From Thermodesulfobacteriota bacterium (GTDB lineage: Bacteria; Desulfobacterota_D; UBA1144; Nemesobacterales; JAJCZQ01): a DNA stretch of 64,000 nt. Of this stretch, positions 21,531 through 31,555 are shown one piece after another. The notes beneath the pieces were generated by a model. That model searched no databases, was not told the DNA's origin, and was given only the letters and a program-made list of their open reading frames with translations. The DNA is taken from positions 1,443,947 through 1,507,946 of the forward strand of contig CBDBDR010000017.1 in NCBI GenBank assembly GCA_965203965.1. The letters are read 5' to 3'. The translations under genes were made by a program, and so were the position numbers. The number at the start of each line of letters is the position of its first letter. The first letter of the stretch is position 1.

Positions 21531-22032
21531 GAAGTTTTTCGATCTTATCGGTAATGGTTTCTTCTTCTTTCTCCGTTGCAACGGCGAGTTCTTTGACTAG
21601 AAGGTTAAGAGCACTGTCCATCAGTTTTTTCTCACCAAAGGAGAGGGATTTGTTTTTACTGAGATAGTGAATTTCTTGAAGGACTTCGGCAATTCCAACA
21701 ATATCACCGCTTTTTAGCTTTTCGTCATATTCTTTGTATCTTCTGTTCCAACTCTGTCCACTCTTGCCACCACTAGATGAGTGGCTGGACTTGGTTTTTT
21801 TCCCCAGGATCTTCAATATGTTAGGAACTTCTTTTCTAGATATGATGGGTCTTAGTCCAAGACTAGAAGCGTTATCAGTAGGGACCATCAGGGTTGCGTT
21901 ATTTTCAATGATCTTCAGGATATAAAATGATTTTTTAGAGTCACATATCTCTTTTTCCTCTATCCCCTGAATATTAACTACTCCATAAGCTGGATATACT
22001 ATAGTTTGACCAATTGTAAGTTTTTCAGACAT
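21523..22032 (-). CDS. carD: CarD family transcription regulator
   Basis: IVYPAYGV, LMVP, GLRPII, WNRRY and LSFGEK. Confidence 0.9.
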   Translation of the reverse strand: MSEKLTIGQTIVYPAYGVVNIQGIEEKEICDSKKSFYILKIIENNATLMVPTDNASSLGLRPIISRKEVPNILKILGKKTKSSHSSSGGKSGQSWNRRYKEYDEKLKSGDIVGIAEVLQEIHYLSKNKSLSFGEKKLMDSALNLLVKELAVATEKEEETITDKIEKLLS

Positions 22033-22114
22033 ATTCTGCGATTGAGGAATTTATAAAACAGCCATTAAAGTATCATACAATTGGACTCAGGTCAATTTTG
22101 AAGAGTTTGCTGAT

Positions 22115-23305
22115 ATGCAAAGTTATGAACATTTGATCATTGGGGCAGGTATAACGGGGCTTACAATCGCGCGAGAATTGTTAAAAAGAGGAGAAAAAAA
22201 TATATGTATTATTGACAAGGAGAACAGTCTCGGTGTGCATACAAGTGGGAAAAATAGCGGTGTTCTTCATTCCGGTATCTACTATGATCCAGATTCATTG
22301 AAAGCTAAATTTTGTGCCGAAGGTAACCATCTGTTGTCTGGATATTGTGATGAAAACGGGCTAAGTATAAAAAAGTGTGGCAAGGTGATAGTTGCATCTG
22401 ATCAAGAACGTCTTTCTGGGCTTTTTAATCTTCAGAAGCGCGCCGAGAAAAATGGGGTTGTATGCAGAGTTATAGGCGCGGATGAGCTAAGAGATATAGA
22501 GCCTTATGCTTATACTTTTAAGAATGCTATATTTTCACCCACAACTTCAGTGTTTGATCCAAAGGAGGTTCTTGACTGTATTTACAAAGAGATATTGGAT
22601 TCGGGTTACGTTAAAGTTTTTCTTGGAACAAAGTTCTTGAACTTGTATGACGAGTCGGCGATAAACACAAACAGGGGAGTTATCAGATTTACAAGATTGA
22701 TCAACTGTTCAGGAGCTTTTTCAGATAAGATTGCACACAGTTTTGGTATTGCCAAAGAATACAAAATATTGCCGTTCATAGGAACATATTGCAGATTGGC
22801 GGGTGAATGTTCCAGATACGTGAGGGGGAATATCTATCCCGTTCCCGATCCGAGAGCTCCGTTTCTCGGTGTTCATTTCAGCAGATCTACCGATGGTAGC
22901 GTATATTTGGGACCTACGGCGATTCCCGCGATTGGCAGGGAAAGCTATCATCCTGCTTCTGGCCTTTCATTTGAAAGTCTTTCAATTATTTACAGGGATA
23001 TTGTTATGTTTGTGAAAAATTCTGCCTTCAGGGACAATGCAGTATCCGAGGTCAAAAAGATCATAAGCTCCTACGTGTTTGAGGAAGCAAGGAAGATGCT
23101 ACCAAGCCTCGCTAAAAAAGATATTTTAAAGTCTTCAAAAGCAGGCATTAGGGCTCAGGTTGTCAACTGGGATAAAAAGGAAATGGTAATGGACTTTTTG
23201 GTACTAAAGAAAGAGAATACTGTCCATATTTTAAATGCAGTTTCTCCGGCGTTTACGTCTTCAATGTCTTTTGCGAGATACGTCGTTAGCAATTTTGTAA
23301 TTTAG
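22115..23305 (+). CDS. lhgO: L-2-hydroxyglutarate oxidase-like FAD-dependent oxidoreductase
   Basis: GAGITG, SGKNSGVLHSGIYY, PVPDP..PFLGVH and NAVSPAFT. Confidence 0.8.
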   Translation: MQSYEHLIIGAGITGLTIARELLKRGEKNICIIDKENSLGVHTSGKNSGVLHSGIYYDPDSLKAKFCAEGNHLLSGYCDENGLSIKKCGKVIVASDQERLSGLFNLQKRAEKNGVVCRVIGADELRDIEPYAYTFKNAIFSPTTSVFDPKEVLDCIYKEILDSGYVKVFLGTKFLNLYDESAINTNRGVIRFTRLINCSGAFSDKIAHSFGIAKEYKILPFIGTYCRLAGECSRYVRGNIYPVPDPRAPFLGVHFSRSTDGSVYLGPTAIPAIGRESYHPASGLSFESLSIIYRDIVMFVKNSAFRDNAVSEVKKIISSYVFEEARKMLPSLAKKDILKSSKAGIRAQVVNWDKKEMVMDFLVLKKENTVHILNAVSPAFTSSMSFARYVVSNFVI

Positions 23306-23343
23306 CAACCTACCGATAAAATTCTGAATTAAAGAGTAGTTCA

Positions 23344-23889
23344 ATGAATGGTAAAAGAAAAAGACTTATGCAGATATTGAAAGACCGATCAATTCTGAGA
23401 GGTAAATTCAAGCTCGCATCAGGAAATACTACTGATCATTACATAGATGGCAGGCTTACCACACTTGATTCAGAGGGTTTAAGTCTGTCCGGAGAGATAT
23501 TCCTGCAGGAAATCTTAAAAGACCCTAATATTTCAGCCGTTGGTGGTCCTACAATAGGGGCTGATCCTATAGTTGGATCAGTACTGACCCACAGTGCTTT
23601 AAAGAATATCAAACTTAGCGGCTTTCTGGTTAGAAAAGAAGCAAAACAGCACGGCACCGAAAAACTGATTGAAGGTAACTTAAAGAAAGGAGACAGGGTT
23701 GCAGTACTAGAGGATGTGGTAACAACGGGTGGTTCGATCTTGAAAGCTATTGACGCCGTGCAAAGCATGGGGATAAAAGTATCCAAGATTTTGGCTATTC
23801 TGGACAGAGAAGAAGGAGCCCGTGAAAATTTACGGGAGCGTGGGTATGAATTTTATTCAATATTCAAACTCTCAGACCTGATGAAATGA
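23344..23889 (+). CDS. pyrE: Orotate phosphoribosyltransferase
   Basis: FKLASG, RKEAKQHG and EDVVTTGGS. Confidence 0.95.
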   Translation: MNGKRKRLMQILKDRSILRGKFKLASGNTTDHYIDGRLTTLDSEGLSLSGEIFLQEILKDPNISAVGGPTIGADPIVGSVLTHSALKNIKLSGFLVRKEAKQHGTEKLIEGNLKKGDRVAVLEDVVTTGGSILKAIDAVQSMGIKVSKILAILDREEGARENLRERGYEFYSIFKLSDLMK

Positions 23890-24030
23890 GAAAATTCGTG
23901 AAAGTTATTCCTTCATTGGTCGTTATTGACTCTCAGGGTTTCAACATATCTTTTTCATCTCTTTCCTACTATACAGACTGAATTTTTGTTACAATAGTAA
24001 CTTAAAGAAACTATTCAGGAGGTTTGTTCT

Positions 24031-24801
24031 ATGAGTTTAGAAGGTAGAGTTGCAATTATAACGGGTGGTAGCCTTGGAATTGGGAAATCAACGGCTCATC
24101 TTTTTGCCAAAGAGGGTGCCAAAGTGGTTATCAGCGGGAGAAATGAAGATAGCTTAAAAAAAGCCATTGACGAAGCAGAAGAAGTTGCAGGTGAGATAGG
24201 TTACGTTGTCAGCGACGTGTCAAAAGAGGGTGATTGTAAAGATTTAGTGGAATATACAAAGAATAAATATGGGAAAATTGATATTCTTTTTAACAACGCC
24301 GGTGTCTTGCCTCTTGGTGTGACGCATGAAACATCGATTGAGGACTGGGACTATGCTTTTGACATTAACGTAAAAGGCTCTTTTATGATGGCAAAATACG
24401 TGATCCCTCACATGATCGAGCAGGGAGGGGGAACAATTATAAACAACGCTTCAATACTCGGATTGAAGGCAATTCCCGGAGCGGCAGCTTATAATTCCAC
24501 TAAAGGTGCAATAGTTCAGTTTACAAGAAGCATGGCTCTTGAATATGCGGATAAAGGTATAAGGGTAAACTGTATATGTCCGGGAACGATTTGGACCCCT
24601 ATGGTGGAAACTTTCCTGAAGGATTCTCCACCAGAAGTAGAACAGTTCTTAAAACAACTGCAGCCGGCAGCTAATCATCTGGGACGTTTCGGAAATCCAG
24701 ATGAAATTGCACATTCCGTGAAGTTTCTCTGCGACAGTGAGAACGTTGGATTTATGACGGGTTCAATGCTATCAGTTGACGGTGGGTGGATCGCTAATTA
24801 G
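24031..24801 (+). CDS. Short-chain dehydrogenase/reductase
   Basis: TGGSLGIG, NNAG, YNSTK and VDGG. Confidence 0.9.
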   Translation: MSLEGRVAIITGGSLGIGKSTAHLFAKEGAKVVISGRNEDSLKKAIDEAEEVAGEIGYVVSDVSKEGDCKDLVEYTKNKYGKIDILFNNAGVLPLGVTHETSIEDWDYAFDINVKGSFMMAKYVIPHMIEQGGGTIINNASILGLKAIPGAAAYNSTKGAIVQFTRSMALEYADKGIRVNCICPGTIWTPMVETFLKDSPPEVEQFLKQLQPAANHLGRFGNPDEIAHSVKFLCDSENVGFMTGSMLSVDGGWIAN

Positions 24802-24851
24802 GTCTACTGACTAAATTATTTCAATATCTGAGGATCTGAAGTTCAATATCA

Positions 24852-24926
24852 TCGGGGTGACTGGACTTGAACCAGCGACCTCTGCGTCCCGAACGCAGCG
24901 CTCTAGCCAAACTGAGCTACACCCCG
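24852..24926 (-). tRNA. tRNA-Pro(CGG), CCA not encoded
   Basis: The minus strand CGGGGTGTAGCTCAG...CTGCG-TTCGGGA-CGCAG...GGTTCAAGTCC...CACCCCGA folds as a cloverleaf. Confidence 0.95.
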
Positions 24927-24964
24927 TAGAATTTGGCATTCCATATTATGTTTAGATTTGGATC

Positions 24965-26260
24965 TCAAAACGTGGTTCCGTATTTGTATCGTCTGGTCAT
25001 TCTTATTCTCTGCTCACAGATATTGATCTTGTTGTTTATATAGGTTTTTTCAGAGGCTTTTTTGGATATTTTAGACGCTCTTTTCAAATAATTATTTGCT
25101 TTCTCGTAGTTGTGTATCTGTATGTTGAGACTACCAAGAGTGATCAATAGCAATACATTATCCTTGATCTCATCCCTGTCTTGAATTGCGTCGATACACT
25201 TCAGACCTTCTTCAGGTCCGTAGCATTTAGATAATGCAATTGCCTTTTCCAATTCAACTTTGGGACAGGGATCAAGCTTAAGGTAGTGGTCATAAAGTGA
25301 AATTATATGCTTCCAGTTAGTCATTTTATATTCAAGAGAGGTTGAATGCACGGCTGCAACGCCGGCTTTCAGATGGTAGATTGACACCTCTATTCCGTTT
25401 GTGGATGAGTAAAGATAATCAATTCCTTGCCTGATCATTTTCTCTTTCCATAAACATCTGTTTTGTTCTCTCAGTCCCAGAAGATTTCCCTTATCGTCCT
25501 TCATTGCCTCAAGTCTTGATGCACACAGGAGCATATAAGCGGTCAGCGCCCGTGACTTTGGGGAGTTAGTTTTAGGATGTGAAACCAGAAACTGCAAAAG
25601 ATTAATGGCAGTATAGCATAGCTCAGGAAATATCTTTGATCTGTCACTTGGGTGATTGAATCCAAGTTCAAAAATTAGAGAAATAGATTCCAAAACTCTG
25701 TCCAATCCATCATTAATTATGTGTTCCCCAGGTATCTCAAACGGAATGTTTCCTGATACTACTTCAATTTTAGCTTTTTTTATCTCGTCAATGGTGGTGG
25801 TCTCGTTTTTTGACAACACCCTTGCTATATCTGAAGAAGTGTAACCTCCAAGTATTTTCAGTATCATAGCCATTCTAATATCAAGAGATATGCTCCCGTG
25901 GCAGCAGGCAAACAACATGATTATATTGTTTTCCGTCGCCTCATCTTTATTGGGGTAGCTAATGCTCGAGGAATAGTTGCCGTTGGTAGTTCCAGAAGAG
26001 CTGCGATTTTTAACCTTTGTGCAGAAGAGATCGCCGGAATTGTCAGTGATAAATTGCCATATCATATCCTTTGTATAGTCCCGTGCTGTGCCGCATAGTG
26101 AGCGGTTTTTTGCATGCTTGAAGGATTTTGAGACAAGGTTGTCTATCTGTATCAGATTTTCATGTCCGAAGTTTTTAGCTAAAGTAGAGGTGATCGTTCC
26201 GTAATACTTTTTAGAAAGCTGATCTATTCTTTTATTTACTTCAGATGAGTTGGTAAGCAT
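24965..26260 (-). CDS. ECF42-like sigma factor homolog (DUF6596/TPR C-terminal extension), divergent N-terminus
   Basis: MLFACCH, SRLEA..D.G.L..L.EQNR..W and YHLKAGVAAVH are typical of this group. Sigma region 2 is poorly conserved. Confidence 0.7.
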   Translation of the reverse strand: MLTNSSEVNKRIDQLSKKYYGTITSTLAKNFGHENLIQIDNLVSKSFKHAKNRSLCGTARDYTKDMIWQFITDNSGDLFCTKVKNRSSSGTTNGNYSSSISYPNKDEATENNIIMLFACCHGSISLDIRMAMILKILGGYTSSDIARVLSKNETTTIDEIKKAKIEVVSGNIPFEIPGEHIINDGLDRVLESISLIFELGFNHPSDRSKIFPELCYTAINLLQFLVSHPKTNSPKSRALTAYMLLCASRLEAMKDDKGNLLGLREQNRCLWKEKMIRQGIDYLYSSTNGIEVSIYHLKAGVAAVHSTSLEYKMTNWKHIISLYDHYLKLDPCPKVELEKAIALSKCYGPEEGLKCIDAIQDRDEIKDNVLLLITLGSLNIQIHNYEKANNYLKRASKISKKASEKTYINNKINICEQRIRMTRRYKYGTTF

Positions 26261-26314
26261 GTCATTATTGGAAAAGGGGAAACTCTAACATAAAATATTA
26301 AATGTAAAAATTAT

Positions 26315-27295
26315 TCAGTCGGCTTCAAAAAAACAGACGGCAAATTTTTGTGATTGGTCAGTCCAATAGTTCCTTAATGTATAGAAATCATCTATCAATT
26401 TTTCAAACTCTTCTATTGAAAATTTATAAGAGTTTTCCGTGTGGATAGTCTCGCCTTTTTTGAATTTGAATGCGGTTCCATTTAACTCCACAAATTGGTT
26501 TTGAAGGCTCTTGAGGTGCATTTCCAAGCGTCCTTTGTCCTCGTTGTAAAAGGCTTCATGTTTCCAATTGTTCAAGTTAAAATCCGTGTTCAAGATGTTG
26601 TTAAGATTGTTCAGTATATTCAAGTTGAACTTTGCTGTTAAGCCTTTCTCATCATTGTAGGCTTTTTCAATTGTTGTTTTATTTTTCTTCAGATCAATGC
26701 CAATAAGCAGACCGCTTTTTCTTCCGCATAGAGTTGCGATGTTTTTCAAAAATTCCACGGATTTTTCAGGGACAAAGTTCCCAATCGTGGATCCTGGGTA
26801 GTAACAGATGATCTTGTTGCGTTGCATACCAATATCAGGAATGGAAAATGGTTTTGTGTAGTCGGCGACTACGGGAACGATATCAATATCATTAAATTCC
26901 TCTGCTAACTTTTCTGCAGATTCAATTAGGAATTCCCCCGAAATATCAACTGGTATATAACCCACGAGGTTTTTAAGGTTTTCAAGAATGATCCGTATCT
27001 TCTTGCTGCTACCGCTTCCCGGTTCAAGTATGACGGCGTTTTTGCCAATGCAGTCGGCAATTTCCTTTATGTTGTTGTTGAGAATAGAGATTTCAGTTCG
27101 AGTTAAATAGTATTCCTCCAATCCCGAGATGTCCTCAAACAACTTGGAACCAAGCTCATCGTAAAAAAACTTGCAAGGAAGTTCTTTTTGCTGTTTTGAA
27201 AAGGAGATCAATACTTCATTCAATACTCCGTCTGCATCCATATCCATATACTGACAGTTGGAGTTTGCTATGACCGTTTGGGAACTATCTGGCAT
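26315..27295 (-). CDS. egtD: L-histidine N(alpha)-methyltransferase (ergothioneine biosynthesis)
   Basis: LPCKFFYD, YYLTRTE, EPGSG, GSTIGNF, AYND and IHTENSYK. Confidence 0.93.
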   Translation of the reverse strand: MPDSSQTVIANSNCQYMDMDADGVLNEVLISFSKQQKELPCKFFYDELGSKLFEDISGLEEYYLTRTEISILNNNIKEIADCIGKNAVILEPGSGSSKKIRIILENLKNLVGYIPVDISGEFLIESAEKLAEEFNDIDIVPVVADYTKPFSIPDIGMQRNKIICYYPGSTIGNFVPEKSVEFLKNIATLCGRKSGLLIGIDLKKNKTTIEKAYNDEKGLTAKFNLNILNNLNNILNTDFNLNNWKHEAFYNEDKGRLEMHLKSLQNQFVELNGTAFKFKKGETIHTENSYKFSIEEFEKLIDDFYTLRNYWTDQSQKFAVCFFEAD

Positions 27296-28574
27296 CTTTG
27301 GCTAATCGTATTCCCATAAACTGCCATCTTGAGTCAGGAGGGAAAAAATTTCTATAGCAGTTTCTTACGTGTGATCTTGACGTGGCACATGAACCGCCTC
27401 GGAGAACCATCTGGTTACACATAAATTTACCGTTGTATTCACCAAGTGCCCCGATTGGGGTCTTATAACCGGGATAGGGAGAGTATGGACTTCTTGTCCA
27501 TTCCCAAACATCGCCATACATTTGGTTTAAGTCTTTTTTACTATTTTTCAGTGGCAATGGGTGAAAATTTTCATTATCTGCAAAATTCCCGTTTGTCTTT
27601 TGTTCTGCTGATGCTGCTTCCCATTCAAACTCGCTTGGAAGTCTTGCTCCATACCACCTCGAATAGGCTTCGGCTTCATAAAAACTCACGTGACACACTG
27701 GTTCATCCATATTGACCTCGGTAAAACCGTGGAGCGTAAAGCTATGCCACTTATCATCTACCTTTTTCCAGTAAAAGGGAGCATCCCATTCATTTGCTTG
27801 AATAGTGTTCCAACCATCTGAAAGCCATAGCTCGGGTTTTGAATATGCACCGTCGTCTATAAATTCCATATACTCGGCGTTGGTGACTAACTTGGAAGAT
27901 AAGGAGAAAGGTTCAATGTAAGTTTTATGCCTCGGAAATTCGTTGTCATAACCAAAGCCTTTCCCATCGTTGCCAATTTCATAAATACCACCGTCAAGGT
28001 TTTTCCATGATCGTTCAATACTCTGATCATCTCCAGAAATTTTTTTAGAAGGCTTTCTATATTTTTTGTAAACGGGGTAAAGTGGATTTTGTGCAAACAC
28101 GTGTTTGACGTCTGTAAGGATCAATTCTTGATGTTGCTGCTCGTGGTGTATACCGGTCTCAATTACGGGTGCTACTTGGGCAAATTTCTTGTCTCCTAGA
28201 TCTTTGAACAGAGAGAGCATTGATTTGTCAACGTGAGCTCTGTAATTGTAAACCTCGTCAACCGTGGGTCTTGAGATCATGCCTCTTTTAGGACGGCAGT
28301 GTCTTTCTCCAACCTGGACATAGTATGAATTAAACAGGAAGTTATATTGAGGATGAGGTGATTTGTAATTCTTATTTACTTTTGACAGAACAAATGCCTC
28401 AAAAAACCAACTTGTGTGGGCAAGGTGCCATTTTGTAGGGCTAACATCCGGCATGGACTGGACGACGTAGTCTTCAGTTGAGAGAGGTGAAGTGAGTTTG
28501 TGAGAGAATTTTCTTACTTTTTTGTATGCTTCTAAAAGCTTTTTTCTTGTTTCCTTTTTTTTATTTCCGGCCAT
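27285..28574 (-). CDS. egtB: Ergothioneine sulfoxide synthase
   Basis: QSMPDVSPTKWHLAH, HEQQHQE, GDVWEW, EYNGKFM and YRNFF. Confidence 0.93.
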   Translation of the reverse strand: MAGNKKKETRKKLLEAYKKVRKFSHKLTSPLSTEDYVVQSMPDVSPTKWHLAHTSWFFEAFVLSKVNKNYKSPHPQYNFLFNSYYVQVGERHCRPKRGMISRPTVDEVYNYRAHVDKSMLSLFKDLGDKKFAQVAPVIETGIHHEQQHQELILTDVKHVFAQNPLYPVYKKYRKPSKKISGDDQSIERSWKNLDGGIYEIGNDGKGFGYDNEFPRHKTYIEPFSLSSKLVTNAEYMEFIDDGAYSKPELWLSDGWNTIQANEWDAPFYWKKVDDKWHSFTLHGFTEVNMDEPVCHVSFYEAEAYSRWYGARLPSEFEWEAASAEQKTNGNFADNENFHPLPLKNSKKDLNQMYGDVWEWTRSPYSPYPGYKTPIGALGEYNGKFMCNQMVLRGGSCATSRSHVRNCYRNFFPPDSRWQFMGIRLAKDAR

Positions 28575-28645
28575 GAGCAATTCCTTCTGAAGATCAATAT
28601 CGGTTGTTATAGTGCACGGTAATTCCGGAGTTGTTATGGTTCAAT

Positions 28646-29167
28646 TTACGTCCTAATTCTCTCACAGGTGTTCCCGTTCCATGTTCCTATGATCTTTTGT
28701 ACTCTTCCAAGTCTGCTTATTATTATTTCACCGCATCTTTTTTCTTGGACATCTGGACGTATTATGATCGTATCACCACCGACTGTGTGTCTGGGGCTGA
28801 ATGTTATGTCCTTCTCATTAGTATTCAGAACGCTTGCGCCAATTGTTATGTCATAGTTGTGTGGCAACGTTAGATCCAAACTTTTCAATTCATCAAATAC
28901 ATTTCCTTGGCCTTGTCTTTTGATTTCAATTCTTAGTATAGAAGGTTGGGGACTACTCAATGTTGTTCGGAACTTTAACCCGTTTTTTTGAGCTTGAAGT
29001 CTTGCTGCGTTTAATTCTGACGAGACCATGTGTGTTATAGAGTCAACCGATTTTGTTGTGGCATACTTGAGGCTTATGCCTACTGCCATTACAGTTACTA
29101 TGGATATTATGCCAACTATTATAATGATTTCCAGTAAGGTGAATCCCTTATTTTTATTCAATTTCAA
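28646..29167 (-). CDS. Type IV minor pilin, FimT/GspH-like
   Basis: Class III signal peptide KGFTLLE plus hydrophobic helix. Confidence 0.8.
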   Translation of the reverse strand: MKLNKNKGFTLLEIIIIVGIISIVTVMAVGISLKYATTKSVDSITHMVSSELNAARLQAQKNGLKFRTTLSSPQPSILRIEIKRQGQGNVFDELKSLDLTLPHNYDITIGASVLNTNEKDITFSPRHTVGGDTIIIRPDVQEKRCGEIIISRLGRVQKIIGTWNGNTCERIRT

Positions 29168-29180
29168 GTTCTCCCGACCG

Positions 29181-29804
29181 TCAGTATTTATTCAAAGCTG
29201 ACCCTCCCGTTGGTTGGGCAACTTCAAATCCGTAATGTATATCCCTGCCGGTGTTGTCATCATCTCTATTTCTTGTCCGGCTGCCTTTGCCTATGACGTT
29301 TACTCTATACTGTTTGAATTGAAAACTCCCTAAACTGTATCCTGGCACTTCCTTTGTGTAAGTTCCTAATGTGTTAACTTGGATAGTAGTTTCCCTTTCA
29401 TATCTATCCCTAAACACACTACAGTATGGGCTGAAACTCTGGTTGCCTATTCTGTTGTCCTGGCTAACTATTAATGAGTCATCGTTATCATCCACATCAC
29501 CAGGATTGAAAGGTTGACGTTCGGTAAATAATTCATCAAGTCGAATACTCTCTGCCGCGGAGGGGAAAATGTTTGTGATGCCACCGTTGTCAAGTTTTTC
29601 AAGCAATTCAGAGAGGCAATAGTCGGTTGCAACAAATGCTTCTTGTCCGTCTTCATAGACGTTTGACATTATAAAGTTGTTATTTGGTATAAATGAAATA
29701 ATTGGCACTGTTGCCGACATTACAGCAATGATAATTATTGCTAATATGAGTACCACGCCTTTTTCTTCCTGCATTAAAGAGTTATCATTTTTAATCGATC
29801 TCAT
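29181..29804 (-). CDS. PilX-like minor pilin
   Basis: EKGVVLILAIII lacks Glu5, as expected for PilX/GspK types. ATG at 29804 after AGGAG. Confidence 0.7.
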   Translation of the reverse strand: MRSIKNDNSLMQEEKGVVLILAIIIIAVMSATVPIISFIPNNNFIMSNVYEDGQEAFVATDYCLSELLEKLDNGGITNIFPSAAESIRLDELFTERQPFNPGDVDDNDDSLIVSQDNRIGNQSFSPYCSVFRDRYERETTIQVNTLGTYTKEVPGYSLGSFQFKQYRVNVIGKGSRTRNRDDDNTGRDIHYGFEVAQPTGGSALNKY

Positions 29805-29820
29805 TGTATGTTTCTCCTGT

Positions 29821-30870
29821 TTAACTAAAGTTCCTGAGATAAACTGAGGTTCTGAAAACTCTATAGATATAACCCATCTCCAAGGATCTTGGGGGTGGGC
29901 TTGAGCTCGTGTCAACTATTCTTCTCCCAACGTTTGCTATGGCTGGTACCTCTTGTGGATCAAGGGGTCCTTTGTTTCCTTGAACTCTCCACCTAGAACT
30001 TAGGACAAGAAATATATCAACTGATCTTATTTTATGTTCTGAACCAATTATACTATTCGTTCCAGTCCCGACGATGCTCCCGTCATCAAGATGAAAAACG
30101 AATTGTAGATCTTCAACGCCAACGTCAGTGCCTTCGCCACCAGAATTATATCCTCCAATAGGAAGAAATGTCCCATCATCATTTTCTTCCACTCCTAGTA
30201 AACGGTCCTGAATTTGAAATTCCAACTTTTTCACCATGCCCATCTCTACCACGTTGTTGCTGATTTTCCGATTAAATTCGTTTGGGTCGTTTGCATTAAA
30301 ATTGCTAATAACAACAGTATTTGTTATAGTCGCATCTATTCTCGTAGGTATTGTAGAAATGACTGTTGCGTTATATATAGCTATACATTCAGAACAGTTG
30401 TTGGGGTTAAGGTTGCAGTCGGACGGGCCACAAAGGTTCTGAGGAGATCTTAAACTGAGATAAATATTATCACCGTTTTCTTGCTGAGAACTGAGAAGAG
30501 GTGCGTCTATTGTTAACAAAGGTGGCACCAAGTTCATAGCTGAGGGAGGGTACAAAACTGGGGGGATATTACCGATCAAGAAATCATCAATATCTCTCCT
30601 GTAGATCGTTATGGAATCGGCTCCATTACCCCCCCCGTCGGAAAATGCAATTGCTCCACCTGGACCTGTCGCTGCTCCTGCGTTTCTTATTTCACTTGCT
30701 AAAAAATCGAGCATAGACTTGCCAGTAGAATCTATATATGAGAGCTCAATTATATAGTCAGACTGCTTTTTTTGTTCACTAAATAGCAATGTTATTGCTA
30801 TTATTAAGATACCCGTGATAGCAACGGTTATTAGCAATTCTAACAAAGAGAATCCCTTGTTATTATTCAT
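29821..30870 (-). CDS. PilW-like minor pilin
   Basis: KGFSLLELLI, SEIRNAG and C-terminal VYLRN. Confidence 0.8.
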   Translation of the reverse strand: MNNNKGFSLLELLITVAITGILIIAITLLFSEQKKQSDYIIELSYIDSTGKSMLDFLASEIRNAGAATGPGGAIAFSDGGGNGADSITIYRRDIDDFLIGNIPPVLYPPSAMNLVPPLLTIDAPLLSSQQENGDNIYLSLRSPQNLCGPSDCNLNPNNCSECIAIYNATVISTIPTRIDATITNTVVISNFNANDPNEFNRKISNNVVEMGMVKKLEFQIQDRLLGVEENDDGTFLPIGGYNSGGEGTDVGVEDLQFVFHLDDGSIVGTGTNSIIGSEHKIRSVDIFLVLSSRWRVQGNKGPLDPQEVPAIANVGRRIVDTSSSPPPRSLEMGYIYRVFRTSVYLRNFS

Positions 30871-30900
30871 TTTTCCACCTAATATATCTTAACTTTTGGA

Positions 30901-31521
30901 TCAAGGAACATAGGGAATTGTAACACTAACCGTCATTCCCAAGTTTGTAGTAATTTGTTTTTCAGCTGCCATTATTGTCAAGTAGTTCCTTGCAACCGTT
31001 TTGTTCAATCTATCCAACTGAAGGTTTGGGTCGTTTATCATCTGTTGACGAGATTTCAGTCCGTATACAATAGTGTAGTTATACCTTGTTCCTGATATAA
31101 GAGTACGAAGTACTTGCCTGATCAAGTAGAAATTGGAATTTGGTTGATTTTGGACACAGTCTTGTGCGTCTGTTTCTATTGTACTGGCAGCATAGTTGAA
31201 GTCATCCGGATCTCCGACGGCTATGCATACTTCAGTTTGTTGCATTGTGGTAAAGGGGTCGCAGGGGAAGGTGCCGCAAGACGGAGGTGTTGCACTTGCA
31301 CTATTTGCAAAATCCATATTGATACTGTGTATTCTGCTTATTTCCTTCAGGTCAGTTTCGCGGGCAATCTGTAGCAGGTTTACAGCGACCGTTTTCTCTT
31401 CAGCACGCAAACTCTGCCTCCAGGATAAGTAAACGGTTTCGCTTAAAGCCAGAAGACCAATTGACATGATGGCAGCTGCGATCAAAACCTCAAGTAATGT
31501 AAATCCTGAATTATTTTTCAT
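30901..31521 (-). CDS. PilV-like minor pilin
   Basis: SGFTLLEVLIA...IGLLAL. Confidence 0.8.
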   Translation of the reverse strand: MKNNSGFTLLEVLIAAAIMSIGLLALSETVYLSWRQSLRAEEKTVAVNLLQIARETDLKEISRIHSINMDFANSASATPPSCGTFPCDPFTTMQQTEVCIAVGDPDDFNYAASTIETDAQDCVQNQPNSNFYLIRQVLRTLISGTRYNYTIVYGLKSRQQMINDPNLQLDRLNKTVARNYLTIMAAEKQITTNLGMTVSVTIPYVP

Positions 31522-31555
31522 AATGGACTCATTGACTTAATTGTATCTTTAAAAC

